From the human T2T-CHM13v2.0 reference genome, Homo sapiens: a stretch of 64,000 nt of DNA. The DNA lies in assembly GCF_009914755.1 (NCBI RefSeq), contig NC_060937.1. One strand, given 5' to 3'. Both the position numbers and the translations under genes were made by a program. Positions within the stretch are counted from its first letter, which is position 1. The number at the start of each line of letters is the position of its first letter. This document shows, one piece after another, positions 1 to 16,800 of the stretch. The notes beneath the pieces were generated by a model. The model was not told where the DNA came from, made no database searches, and was given only the letters and a program-made list of their open reading frames with translations.

Positions 1-21
1 ATTATATACTGTACATAAAAT

Positions 22-3000
22 ATGAAATTACATCAAATATATATTAGGTACATAAAATATGAAAGTACATCAAATATAGTTTATATACTGTACATATATC
101 AATGTACCCCAAATATATATTTTATACTCTATATGAAATATCAAAGTTCACAAACCATACATTATATACAGTACATAAAATATCAAAGTACCCAAGGTAT
201 ATATTCTATACTGTACAAAAAATATCAAAGTTCCCATAGCATGTATTATATACTGTACATAAAATAAGAAAGTATATCAAATATATATTTTATTCTGTAC
301 ATAAAATATCAAAGTACACCAGATATATATTCTATAGTGTACATAAAATAGCAAAGTACTCAAACTATTTATTATATACTGTACATAAAATATGAAATTA
401 CATCAAATATATATTATATTAGGTACATAAAATATGAAAGTACATCAAATATAGATTATATGCTGTACATTAAATACCAAAGTACCCCAAATATATATTT
501 TATACTGTACATGAAATATCAAAGTTCACAAACTATATATTATATACTGTACATAAAATATCAAAGTACCCAAGGTATATATTCTATACTGTACAAAAAA
601 TATCAAAGTACCCAAATCACGTATTATATACTGTACATAAAATATGAAAGTACATCATATATATATTTTATTCTGTACATAAAATATCAAAGTACACCAG
701 ATATATATTCTATAGTGTACATAAAATATCAAAGTACCCAAACTATACATTATATACTGTACATAAAATATGAGATTACATCAAATATATGTTATATTAG
801 GTACATAAAATATGAAAGTACATCAAATATAGATTATATACTGTACATAAAATATCAAAGTACCCCAAATATATATTATATACTCTACATGAAATATCAA
901 AGTTCACAAACTATATATTATATACTGTACATAAAATATCAAAGTACCCAAGGTATATATTCTATACTGTACAAAAAATATCATAGTACCCAAAGCATGT
1001 ATTATATACTGTATATAAAATATGAAAGTACATGAAATATATATTTTATTCTGTACATAAAATATCAAAGTACACCAGATATATATTCTATAGTGTACAT
1101 AAAATAACAAAGTACACAAACTATAAATTATATACTGTACATAAAATATGAAATTACATCAAATATATATTAGGTACTTAAAATATGAAAGTACATCAAA
1201 TATAGTTTATATACTGTACATATATCAATGTACCCCAAATATATAATTTATACTCTACATGAAATATCAAAGTTCACAAACCATACATTATATACTGTAC
1301 ATAAAATATCAAAGTACCCAAGGTATATATTCTATACTGTACAAAAAATATCAAAGTTCCCAAAGCATGTATTATATACTGTACATAAAATAAGAAAGTA
1401 CATCAAATATATATTTTATTCTGTACATAAAATATCAAAGTACACCAGATATATATTCTATAGTGTACATAAAATATCAAAGTACCCAAACTATACATTA
1501 TATACTGTACATAAAATATGAAATTACATCAAATATATATTAGGTACATAAAATATGAAAGTACATCAAATATAGATTATATACTGTACATAAAATATCA
1601 AAGTACACCAAATATATATTATATACTCTACATGAAATATCAAAGTTCACAAACTATATATTATATACTGTACATAAAATATCAAAGTACCCAAGGTATA
1701 TATTCTATACTGTACAAAAAATATCAAAGTACCCAAAGCATGTATTATATACTGTACATAAAATATGAAAGTACATCAAATATATATTTTATTCTGTACA
1801 TAAAATATCAAAGTACACCAGATATATATTCTATAGTGTACATAAAATATCAAAGTACCCAAACTATTTATTATATACTGTACATAAAATATGAAATTAC
1901 ATCAAATATATATTATATTAGGTACATAAAATATGAAAGTACATCAAATATAGATTATATGCTGTACATTAAATACCAAAGTACCCCAAATATATATTTT
2001 ATACTGTACATGAAATATCAAAGTTCACAAACTATATATTATATACTGTACATAAAATATCAAAGTACCCAAGGTATATATTCTATACTGTACAAAAAAT
2101 ATCAAAGTACCCAAAGCACGTATTATATACTGTACTTAAAATATGAAAGTACATCATATATATAATTTATTCTGTACATAAAATATCAAAGTACACCAGA
2201 TATATATTCTATAGTGTACATAAAATATCAAAGTACCCAAACTATACATTATATACTGTACATAAAATATGAAATTACATCAAATATATATTAAGTACAT
2301 AAAATATGAAAGTACATCAAATATAGATTATATACTGTACATAAAATATCAATGTACCCCAAATATATATTTTATACTCTACATGAAATATCAAATTTCA
2401 CAAACCATATATTACATACTGTACCTAAAATATCAACGTACCCAAGGTATATATTCTATACTGTACAAAAAATATCAAAGTACCCAAAGCATGTATTATA
2501 TACTGTACATAAAATATGAAAGTACATCAAATATATATTTTATTCTGTACATAAAATAATAAAGTACACCAGATATATATTCTATAGTGTACATAAAATA
2601 TCAAAGTACCCAAACTATACATTATATACTGTACATAAAATATGAGATTACATCAAATATATATTATATTAGGTACATAAAATATGAAAGTACATCAAAT
2701 ATAGATTATATACTGTACATAAAATATCAAAGTACCCCAAATATATATTATATACTCTACATGAAATATCAAAGTTCACAAACTATATATTATATACTGT
2801 ACATAAAATATCAAAGTACCCAAGGTATATATTCTATACTGTACAAAAAATATCATAGTACCCAAAGCATGTATTATATACTGTATATAAAATATGAAAG
2901 TACATGAAATATATATTTTATTCTGTACATAAAATATCAAAGTACACCAGATATATATTCTATAGTGTACATAAAATAACAAAGTACACAAACTATAAAT

Positions 3001-6000
3001 TATATACTGTACATAAAATATGAAATTACATCAAATATATATTAGGCACATAAAATATGAAAGTACATCAAATATAGTTTATATACTGTACATATATCAA
3101 TGTACCCCAAATATATATTTTATACACTACATGAAATATCAAAGTTCACAAACCATACATTATAAACTGTACATAAAATGTCAAAGTACCCAAGGTATAT
3201 ATTCTATACTGTACGAAAAATATCAAAGTACCCAAAGCATGTATTATATACTGTACATAAAATATGAAAGTACATCAAATATATATTTTATTCTGTACAT
3301 AAAATATCAAAGTACACCAGATATATATTCTATAGTATACATAAAATATCAAAGTACCCAAACTATACATTATATACTGTACATAAAATATGAAATTACA
3401 TCAAATATATATTAGGTACATAAAATATGAAAGTACATCAAATACAGGTTATATACTGTACATAAAATATCAAAGTACACCAAATATATAGTATATACTC
3501 TACATGAAATATCAAAGTTCACAAACTATATATTATATACTGTACATAAAATATCAAAGTACCCAAGGTATATATTGTATACTGTACAAAAAATATCAAA
3601 GTACCCAAAGCATGTATTATATACTGTACATAAAATATGAAAGTACATCAAATATATATTTTATTCTGTACATAAAATATCAAAGCACACCAGATATATA
3701 TTCTATAGTGTACATAAAATATCAAAGTACCCAAACTATACATTATACACTGTACATAAAATATGAAATTACATCAAATATATATTATATTAGGTACATA
3801 AAATATGAAAGTACATCAAATATAGATTATATACTGTACATAAAATACCAAAGTACCCCAAATATATATTTTATACTGTACATGAAATATCAAAGTTCAC
3901 ACACTATATATTATATACTGTACATAAAATATCAAAGTACCCAAGGTATATATTCTATACTGTACAAAAAATATCAAAGTACCCAAAGCATGTATTATAT
4001 ATTGTACATAAAATATGAAAGTACATCAAATATATATTTTATTCTGTACATAAAATATCAAAGTACACCAGATATATATTCTATAGTGTACATAAAATAT
4101 CAAAGTACCCAAACTATACATTATATACTGTACATAAAATATGAAATTACATCAAATATATTTTATATTAGGTACATAAAATATGAAAGTACATCAAATA
4201 TAGATTATATACTGTACATGAAATACCAAAGTACCCCAAATATATATTTTATACGGTACATGAAATATCAAAGTTCACAAACTATATATTATATACTGTA
4301 TATAAAATATCAAAGTACCCAAGCTATATATTCTATACTGTACAAAAAATATCAAAGTACCCAAAGCATGTATTACATACTGTACATAAAATATGAAAGT
4401 ACATCAAATACATATTTTATTCTGTACATAAAATAATAAAGTACACCAGATATATATTCTATAGTGTACATAAAATATCAAAGTACCCAAACTATACATT
4501 ATATACTGTACATAAAATATGAGATTACATCAAATTTATATTAGGTACATAAAATATGAAAGTACATCAAATATAGATTATATACTGTACATAAAATATC
4601 AAAGTACCCCAAATATATATTATATACTCTACATGAAATATCAAAGTTCACAAACTATATATTATATACTGTACATAAAATATCAAAGTACCCAAGGTAT
4701 ATATTCTATACTGTACAAAAAATATCAAAGTACCCAAAGCATGTATTATATACTGTATATAAAATATGAAAGTACATGAAATATATATTTTATTCTGTAC
4801 ATAAAATATCAAATTACACCAGATATATATTCTATAGTGTACATAAAATAACAAAGTACACAAACTATAAATTATATACTGTACATAAAATATGAAATTA
4901 CATCATATATATATTAGGTACATAAAATATGAAAGTACATCAAATATAGTTTATATACTGTACATATATCAATGTACCCCAAATATATATTTTGTACTCT
5001 ACATGAAATATCAAAGTTCACAAACCATACATTATATACTGCACATAAAATATCAAAGTACCCAAGGTATATATTGTATACTGTACAAAAAATATCAAAG
5101 TTCCCAAAGCATGTATTATATACTGTACATAAAATAAGAAAGTACATCAAATATATATTTTATTCTGTACATAAAATATCAAAGTACACCAGATATATAT
5201 TCTATAGTGTACATAAAATATCAAAGTACCCAAACTATACATTATATACTGTACATAAAATATGAAATTACATCAAATATATATTAGGTACATAAAATAT
5301 GAAAGTACATCAAATATAGATTATATACTGTACATAAAATATCAAAGTACACCAAATATATATTATATACACTACATGAAATATCAAAGTTCACAAACTA
5401 TATATTATATACTGTACATAAAATATCAAAGTACCCAAGGTATATATTCTATACAGTACAAAAGATATCAAAGTACCCAAAGCATGTATTATATACTGTA
5501 CATAAAATATGAAAGTACATCAAATATAGATTATATGCTGTACATTATATACCAAAGTACCCCAAATATATATTTTATACTGTACATGAAATATCAAAGT
5601 TCACAAACTATATATTATATACTGTACATAAAATATCAAAGTACCCAAGGTATATATTCTATACTGTACAAAAACTATCAAAGTACCCAAAGCACGTATT
5701 ATATACTGTACATAAAATATGAAAGTACATCATATATATATTTTATTCTGTACATAAAATATCAAAGTACACCAGATATATATTCTATAGTGTACATAAA
5801 ATATCAAAGTACCCAAACTATACATTATATACTGTACATAAAATATGAAATTACATCAAATATATATTAAGTACATAAAATATGAAAGTACATCAAATAT
5901 AGATTATATACTGTACATAAAATATCAATGTACCCCAAATATATATTTTATACTCTACATGAAATATCAAATTTCACAAACCATATATTACATACTGTAC

Positions 6001-7339
6001 CTAAAATATCAGAGTACCCAAGGTATATATTCTATACTGTACAAAAAATATCAAAGTACCCAAAGCATGTATTATATACTGTACATAAAATATGAAAGTA
6101 CATCAAATATATATTTTATTCTGTACATAAAATAATAAAGTACACCAGATATATATTCTATAGTGTACATAAAATATCAAAGTACCCAAACTATACATTA
6201 TATACTGTACATAAAATATGAGATTACATCAAATATATATTATATTAGGTACATAAAATATGAAAGTACATCAAATATAGATTATATACTGTACATAAAA
6301 TATCAAAGTACCCCAAATATATATTATATACTCTACATGAAATATCAAAGTTCACAAACTATATATTATATACTGTACATAAAATATGAAAGTACCCAAG
6401 GTATATATTCTATACTGTACAAAAAATATCAAAGTACCCAAAGCATGTATTATATACTGTATATAAAATATGAAAGTACATTAAAAATATATTTAATTCT
6501 GTACATAAAATATCAAAGTACACCAGATATATATTCTATAGTGTACACAAAATAACAAAGTACACAAACTATAAATTATATACTGTACATAAAATATGAA
6601 ATTACATCAAATATATATTAGGTACATAAAATATGAAAGTACATCAAATATAGTTTATACACTGTACATATATCAATGTACCCCAAATATATATTTTATA
6701 CACTACATGAAATATCAAAGTTCACAAACCATACATTATATACTGTACATAAAATATCAAAGTACCCAAGGTATATATTCTATACTGTACGAAAAATATC
6801 AAAGTACCCAAAGCATGTACTATATACTGCACATAAAATATGAAATTACATCAAATATATATTTTATTCTGTACATAAAATATCAAAGTACACCAGATAT
6901 ATATTCTATAGTATACATAAAATATCAAAGTACCCAAACTATACATTATATACTGTACATAAAATATGAAATTACATCAAATATATATTAGGTACATAAA
7001 ATATGAAAGTACATCAAATATAGGTTATATACTGTACATAAAATATCAAAGTACACCAAATATATAGTATATACTCTACATGAAATATCAAAGTTCACAA
7101 ACTATATATTATATACTGTACATAAAATATCAAAGTACCCAAGGTATACATTCTATACTGTACAAAAGATATCAAAGTACCCAAAGCATGTATTATATAC
7201 TGTATATAAAATATGAAAGTACATCAAATATATATTTTATTCTGTACATAAAATATCAAAGTACACCAGATATATATTCTATAGTGTACATAAAATAACA
7301 AAGTACAAAAACTATAAATTATATACTGTACATAAAATA
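22..7339. repeat. Sub-domain A: 5-unit 1872-bp higher-order period containing a 370-bp unit variant
   Basis: Near-identical minus-strand ORFs at 904, 2776 and 4648 are spaced 1872 bp apart. The 370-bp unit marked by 'atagtttatatactgtacatatatcaatg' starts at 22, 1148, 3020, 4892 and 6596. Confidence 0.85.
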
Positions 7340-10300
7340 TGAAATTACATCAAATATATATTAAGTACATAAAATATGAAAGTACATCAAATATAGATTA
7401 TATACTGTACATAAAATATCAATGTACCCCAAATATATATTTTATACTCTACATGAAATATCAAAGTTCACAAACCATACATTATATACTGTACATAAAA
7501 TATCAAAGTACCCAAGGTATATATTCTATACTGTCCAAAAAATATCAAAGTACCCAAAGCATGTATTATATACTGTACATAAAATATGAAAGTATATCAA
7601 ATATATATTTTATTCTGTACATAAAATATCAAAGTACACCAGATATACATTCTATAGTGTACATAAAATATCAAAGTACCCAAACTATACATTATATACT
7701 GTACATAAAATATGAAATTACATCAAATATATTTTATATTAGGTACATAAAATATGAAAGTACATCAAATATAGATTATATACTGTACATTAAATAACAA
7801 AGTACCCCAAATATACATTTTATACTGTACATGAAATATCAAAGTTCACAAACTATATATTATATACTGTACATATAATATCAAAGTACCCGAGGTATAT
7901 ATTCTATACTGTCCAAAAAATAACAAAGTACCAAAAGCATGTATTATATACTGTACCTAAAATATGAAAGTACATCAAATATATATTTTATTCTATACAT
8001 AAAATATCAAAGTACCCAAGGTATATATTCTATACTGTACAACAAATATCAAAGTACCCAAATCATGTATTATATACTGTACATAAAATATGAAAGTACA
8101 TCAAATATATATTTTATTCTGTACATAAAATATCAAAGTACACCAGATATATATTCTATAGTGTACATAAAATAACAAAGTACACAAACTATAAATTATA
8201 TACTGTACATAAAATATGAAATTACATCAAATATATATTAGGTACATAAAATATGAAAGTACATCTAATATAGATTATATACTGTACATAAAATACCAAT
8301 GTACCCCAAATATATATTTTATACTCTACATGAAATATCAAAGTTCACAAACTATATATTATACACTGTACATAAAATATCAAAGTACCCAAGGTATATA
8401 TTCTATACTGTACAAAAAATATCAAAGTACCCAAAGCATGTATTATATACTGTACATAAAATATGAAAGTACATCAAATATATATTTTATTCTGTACATA
8501 AAATATCAAAGTACACCAGATATATATTCTATACTGTACATAAAATATCAAAGTACCCAAACTATACATTATATACAGTACATAAAATATGAAATTACAT
8601 CAAATATATATTATATTAGGTAGATAAAATATGAAAGTACATCAAATATAGATTATATACTGTACATTAAAAACCAAAGTACCCCAAATATATATTTTAT
8701 ACTGTACATGAAATATCAAAGTTCACAAACTATATATTATATACTGTACATAAAATATCAAAGTACCCAAAGTATATATTCTATACTGTACAAAAAATAT
8801 CAAAGTACCCAAAGCATGTATTATATACTGTACATAAAATATGAAATTACATCAAATATATATTTTATTCTGTACATAAAATATCAAAGTACACCAGATA
8901 TATATTCTATAGTGTACATAAAATATCAAAGTACCCAAACTATACATTATATACTGTAAATAAAATATGAAATTACATCAAATATATTTTATATTAGGTA
9001 CATAAAATATGAAAGTACATCAAATATAGATTATATACTGTACATAAAATACCAAAGTACCCCAAATATATAATTTATACTGTACATGAAATATCAAAGT
9101 TCACAAACTATATATTATATACTGTACATAAAATATCAAGGTACCCAAGGTATATATTCTATACTGTACAAAAAATATCAAAGTACCCAAATCATGTATT
9201 ATATGCAGTACATAAAATATGAAAGTACATCAAATATATCTTTTATTCTGTACATAATATATCAAAGTACACCAGATATATATTCTATAGTGTACATAAA
9301 ATAACAAAGTACAAAAACTATAAATTATATACTGTACATAAAATATGAAATTACATCAAATACATATTAGGTACATAAAATATGAAAGTACATCAAATAT
9401 AGATTATATACTGTACATAAAATATCAATGTACCCCAAATATATATTTTATACTCTACATGAAATATCAAAGTTCACAAAGCATATATTATATACTGTAC
9501 ATAAAATATGAAAGTACACAAGGTATATATTCTATACTGTACAAAAAACATCAAAGTACCCAAAGCATGTATTATATACTGTACATAAAATATGAAAGTA
9601 CATCAAATATATATTTTATTCTGTACATGAAATATCAAAGTACCCAAAACATGTATTATATACTGTACATAAAATATGAAAGTACATCAAATATATATTT
9701 TATTCTGTACATGAAATATCAAAGTACACCAGATATATATTCTATAGTGTACATAAAATATCAAAGTACCCAAACTATACATTATATACTGTAAATAAAA
9801 TATGAAATTACATCAAATATATATTATATTAGGTACATAAAACATGAAAGTATTTCAAATATAGATTATATACTGTACATAAAATATCAAAGTACCCCAA
9901 ATATATATTATATACTCTACATGAAATATCAAAGTTCACAAACTATATATTATATACTGTACATAAAATATCAAAGTACCCAAGGTATATATTCTATAAT
10001 GTACAAAAAATATCAAAGTACCCAAAGCGTGTATTATATACTGTATATAAAATATGAAATTACATCAAATATATATTTTATTCTGTATATAAATTATCAA
10101 AGTACACCAGATATATATTCTATATTGTACATAAAATATCAAAGTACCCAAACTATACATTATATACTCTACATAAAATATGAAATTACATCAAATATAT
10201 ATTATATTAGGTACATAAAGTACGAAAGTACATCACATATAGATTATATACTGTACATAAAATATCAAAGTACCCCAAATATATATTACATACTCTACAT

Positions 10301-13300
10301 GAAATATCAAAGTTCACAAACTATATATTATATACTGTACATAAAATATCAAAGTACCCAAGGTATATATTCTATACTGTACAAAAAATATCAAAGTACC
10401 CAAAGCATGTATTATATACTGTATATAAAATATGAAAGTACATCAAATATATATTTTATTCTGTACATAAAATATCAAAGTACACCAGATATATATTCTA
10501 TAGTGTACATAAAATAACAAAGTACACAAACTATAAATTATATACTGTACATAAAATATGAAATTACATCAAATACATATTAGGTACATAAAATATGAAA
10601 GTACATCAAATATAGATTATATACTGTACATAAAATATCAATGTACCACAAATATATATTTTATACTCTACATGAAATATCAAAGTTCACAAACCATATC
10701 TTATATACTGTACAGAAAATATCAAAGTACCCAAGGTATATATTGTATACTGTACAAAAAATATCAAAGTACCCAAAGCGTGTATTATATACTGTACATA
10801 AAATATGAAAGTATATCAAATATATATTTTATTCTGTACATAAAATATCAAAGTACACCAGATATATATTCTATAGTGTACATAAAATATCAAAGTACCC
10901 AAACTATACATTATATACTGTACATAAAATATGAAATTACATCAAATATATTTTATATTAGGTACATAAAATATGAAAGTACATCAAATATAGATTATAT
11001 ACTGTACATTAAATACCAAAGTACCCCAAATATATATTTTATACTGTACAAGAAATATCAAAGTTCACAAACTATATATTATATACTGTATATGTAATAT
11101 CAAAGTACCCGAGGTATATATTCTATACTGTACAAAAAATAACAAAGTACCAAAAGCATGTATTATATACTGTACCTAAAATATGAAAGTACATCAAATA
11201 TATATTTTATTGTGTACATAAAATATCAAAGTACACCAGATATATATTCTATAGTGTACATAAAATATCAAAGTACCCAAACTATACATTATATACCGTA
11301 CATAAAATATGAAATTACATCAAATATATATTAGGTTCATAAAATATGAAAGTACAACAAATATAGATTATATACTGTACATAAAATAACAAAGTACCCC
11401 AAATATATATTATATACTGTAGATGAAATATCAAAGTTCACAAACTATATATTATATACTGTACATAAAATATCAAAGTACCCAAGATATATATTCTATA
11501 CTATACAAAAAATATCAAAGTACCCAAAGCATGTATTATATACTGTACATAAAATATGAAAGTACATCAAATATATATTTTATTCTGTACATAAAATATC
11601 AAGGTACACCAGATATATATTCTATAGTGTACATAAAATAGCAAAGTACACAAACTATATATTATATACTGTACATAAAATATGAAATTACATCAAATAT
11701 ATATTAGGTACATAAAATATGATAGTACATCAAATATAGATTATATACTGTACATAAAATATCAATGTACCCCAAATATATATTTTATACTCTACATGAA
11801 ATATCAAAGTTCACAAACCATATATTATATACTGTATATAAAATATCAAAGTACCCAAGGTATATATTCTATACTGTACAAAAAATATCAAAGTACCCAA
11901 AGCATGTATTATATACTGTACATAAAATATGAAAGTACATCAAATATATATTTTATTCTGTACATGAAATATCAAAGTACCGAAAACATGTATTATATAC
12001 TGTACATAAAATATGAAAGTACATCAAATATATATTTTATACTGTACATGAAATATCAAAGTACACCAGATATATATTCTATAGTGTACAAAAAATATCA
12101 AAGTACCCAAACTATACATTATATACTGTACATAAAATATGAAATTACATCAAATATATATTATATTAGGTACATAAAATATGAAAGTACATCAAATATA
12201 GATTATACACTGTACATAAAATATCAAAGTACCCCAAATATATATTATATACTCTACATGAAATATCAAAGTTCACAAACTATATATTATATACTGTACA
12301 TAAAATAAATTCCCCAAGGTATATATTCTATACTGTAGAAAAAATATCAAAGTACCCAAAGCATATATTATATACTGTATATAAAATATGAAAGTACATC
12401 AAATATATATTTTATTCTGTACATAATATATCAAAGTACACCAGATATATATTCTATAGTGTACATAAAATAACAAAGTACAAAAACTATAAATTATATA
12501 CTGTACATAAAATATGAAATTACATCAAATATATATTAGGTACATAAAATATGAAAGTACATCAAATATAGATTATATACTGTACATAAAATTTCAATGT
12601 ACCCAAATATATATTTTATACTCTACATGAAATATCAAAGTTCACAAACCATATATTGTATACTGTACATAAAATATCAAAGTACCCAAGGTTTATGTTC
12701 TATACTGTACAAAAAATATCAAAGTACCCAAAGCATGTATTATATACTGTACATAAAATATGAAAGTACATCAAGTATATATTTTATTCCGTACATAAAA
12801 TATCAAAGTACACCAGATATATATTCTATAGTGTACATAAAATATCAAAGTACACAAACTATACATTATATACTGTACATAAAATATGAAATTACATCAA
12901 ATATATGTTATATAAGGTACATAAAATATGAAAGTACATCAAATATAGATTATATACTGTACATTAAATACCAAAGAACCCCAAATATATATTATATACT
13001 CTACATGAAATATCAAAGTTCACAAACTATATATTATATACTGTACATAAAATATCAAAGTACCCAAGGTATATATTCTGTAATGTACAAAAAATATCAA
13101 AGTACCCAAAAGCGTGTATTATATACTGTATATAAAATATGAAATTACATCAAATATATATTTTATTCTGTACATAAAATATCAAAGTACACCAGATATA
13201 TATTCTATAGTGTACATAAAATATCAAAGTACCCAAACTATACATTATATACTGTACATAAAATATGAAATTACATCAAATATATATTATATTAGGTACA

Positions 13301-13889
13301 TAAAATATGAAAGTACATCAAATATAGATTATATACTGTACATAAAATATGAAAGTACCCCAAATATATACTATATACTCTACATGAAATATCAAAGTTC
13401 ACAAACTATATATTATATACTGTACATAAAATATCAAAGTACCCAAGGTATATATTCTATAATGTACAAAAAATTTCAAAGTACCCAAAGCGTGTATTAT
13501 ATACTGTATATAAAATATGAAATTACATCAAATATATATTTTATTCTGTACATAAAATATCAAAGTACACCAGATATATATTCTATATTGTACATAAAAT
13601 ATCAAAGTACCCAAACTATACATTATATACTCTACATAAAATATGAAATTACATCAAATATATATTATATTAGGTACATAAAATACGAAAGTACATCAAA
13701 TATAGATTATATACTGTACATAAAATATCAAAGTACCCCAAATATATATTACACACTCTACATGAAATATCAAAGTTCACAAACTATATATTATATACTG
13801 TACATAAAATATCAAAGTACCCAAGGTATATATTCTATACTGTACAAAAAATATCAAAGTACCCAAAGCATGTATTATATACTGTATAT

Positions 13890-16800
13890 AAAATATGAAA
13901 GTACATCAAATATATATTTTATTCTGTACATAAAATATCAAAGTACACCAGATATATATTCTATAGTGTACATAAAATAACAAAGTACAAAAACTATAAA
14001 TTATATACTGTACATAAAATATGAAATTACATCAAATACATATTAGGTACATAAAATATGAAAGTACATCAAATATAGATTATATACTGTACATAAAATA
14101 TCAATGTACCCCAAATATATATTTTATACTCTACATGAAATATCAAAGTTCACAAACCATATATTATATACTGTACATAAAATATCAAAGTACCCAAGGT
14201 ATATATTCTATACTATACAAAAAATATCAAAGTACCCAAAGCATGTATTATATACTGTACCTAAAATATGAAAGTACATCAAATATATATTTTATTGTGT
14301 ACATAAAATATCAAAGTACACCAGATATATATTTTATAGTGTACATAAAATATCAAAGTACCCAAACTATACATTATATACTGTACATAAAATATGAAAT
14401 TACATCAAATATATTTTATATTAGGTACATAAAATATGAAAGTACATCAAATATAGATTATATACTGTACATTAAATACCAAAGTACCCAAAATATATAT
14501 TTTATACTGTACATGAAATATCAAAGTTCACAAACTATATATTATATACTGTACATGTAATATCAAAGTACCCGAGGTATATATTCTATACTGTACCAAA
14601 AATAACAAAGTACCAAAAGCATGTATTATATTCTGTACCTAAAATATGAAAGTACATCAAATATATATTTTATTGTGTACATAAAATATCAAAGTACCCC
14701 AGATATATATTCTATAGTGTACCTAAAATATCAATGTACCCAAACTATACATTATATACTGTACATAAAATATGAAATTACATCAAATATATATTAGGTA
14801 CATAAAATATGAAAGTACAACAAATATAGATTATATACTGTACATAAAATAACAAAGTACCACAAATATATATTATATACTGTACATAAAATATCAAAGT
14901 ACCCCAAATATATATTACATACTCTACATGAAATATCAAAGTTCACAAACTATATATTATATACTGTACATAAAATATCAAACTACCCAAGGTATATATT
15001 CTATACTGTACAAAAAATATCAAAGTACCCAAAGCATGTATTATATACTGTATATAAAATATGAAAGTACATCAAATATATATTTTATTCTGTACATAAA
15101 ATATCAAAGTACACCAGATATATATTCTATAGTGTACATAAAATAACAAAGTACAAAAACTATAAATTATATACTGTACATAAAATATGAAATTACATCA
15201 AATACATATTAGGTACATAAAATATGAAAGTACATCAAATATAGATTATACACTGTACATAAAATATCAAAGTACCCCAAATATATATTATATACTCTAC
15301 ATGAAACATCAAAGTTGACAAACTATATATTATATACTGTACATAAAATAAAGTCCCCAAGGTATATATTCTATACTGTAGAAAAAATATCAAAGTACCC
15401 AAAGCATGTATTATATATTGTATATAAAATATGAAATTACATCAAATATATATTTTATTCTGTACATAATATATCAAAGTACACCAGATATATATTCTAT
15501 AGTGTACATAAAATAACAAAGTACAAAAACTATAAATTATATACTGTACATAAAATATGAAATTACATCAAATATATATTAGGTACAAAAAATATGAAAG
15601 TACATCAAATATAGATTATATACTGTACATAAAATTTCAATGTACCCCAAATATATATTTTATTCTCTACATGAAATATCAAAGTTCACAAACCATATAT
15701 TATATACTGTACATAAAATATCAAAGTACCCAAGGTATATATTCTATACTATACAAAAAATATCAAAGTACCCAAAGCATGTATTATATACTGTACCTAA
15801 AATATGAAAGTACATCAAATATATATTTTATTCTGTACATAAAATATCAAAGTACACCAGATATATATTCTATAGTGTACATAAAATATCAAAGTACCCA
15901 AACTATACATTATATACTGTACATAAAATATGAAATTACATCAAATATATTTTATATTAGGTACATAAAATATGAAAGTACATCAAATATAGATTATATA
16001 CTGTACATTAAATACCAAAGTACCCCAAATATATATTTTATACTGTACATGAAATATCAAAGTTCACAAACTATATATTATATACTGTACATATAATATC
16101 AAAGAACCCAAGGTATATATTCTATACTGTACAAAAAATAACAAAGTACCAAAAGCATGTATAATATACTGTACATAAAATATGAAAGTACATCAAATAT
16201 ATATTTTATTCTGTACATAAAATATCAAAGTACACCAGATATATATTCTATAGTGTACATAAAATATCAAAGTACCCAAACTATACATTATGTACTGTAA
16301 ATAAAATATGAAATTACATCAAATATATTTTATATTAGGTACATAAAATATGAAAGTACATCAAATATAGATTATATACTGTACATAAAATATCAAAGTA
16401 CCCCAAATATATATTATATACTCTACATGAAATATCAAAGTTCACAAACTATATATTATATACTGTACATAAATTATCAAAGTACCCAAGGTATATATTC
16501 TATACTGTACAAAAAATATCAAAGTACCCAAAGCATGTATTATATACTATACATAAAATATGAAAGTACATCAAATATATATTTTATTCTGTACATAATA
16601 TATCAAAGTACACCAGATATATATTCTATAGTGTACATAAAATATCAAAGTACCCAAACTATACATTATATACTGTACATAAAATATGAAATTACATCAA
16701 ATATATATTAGGTACATAAAATATGAAAGTACATCAAATATAGATTATATACTGTACATAAAATATCAAGGTACCCCAAATATATATTTTATACTCGACA

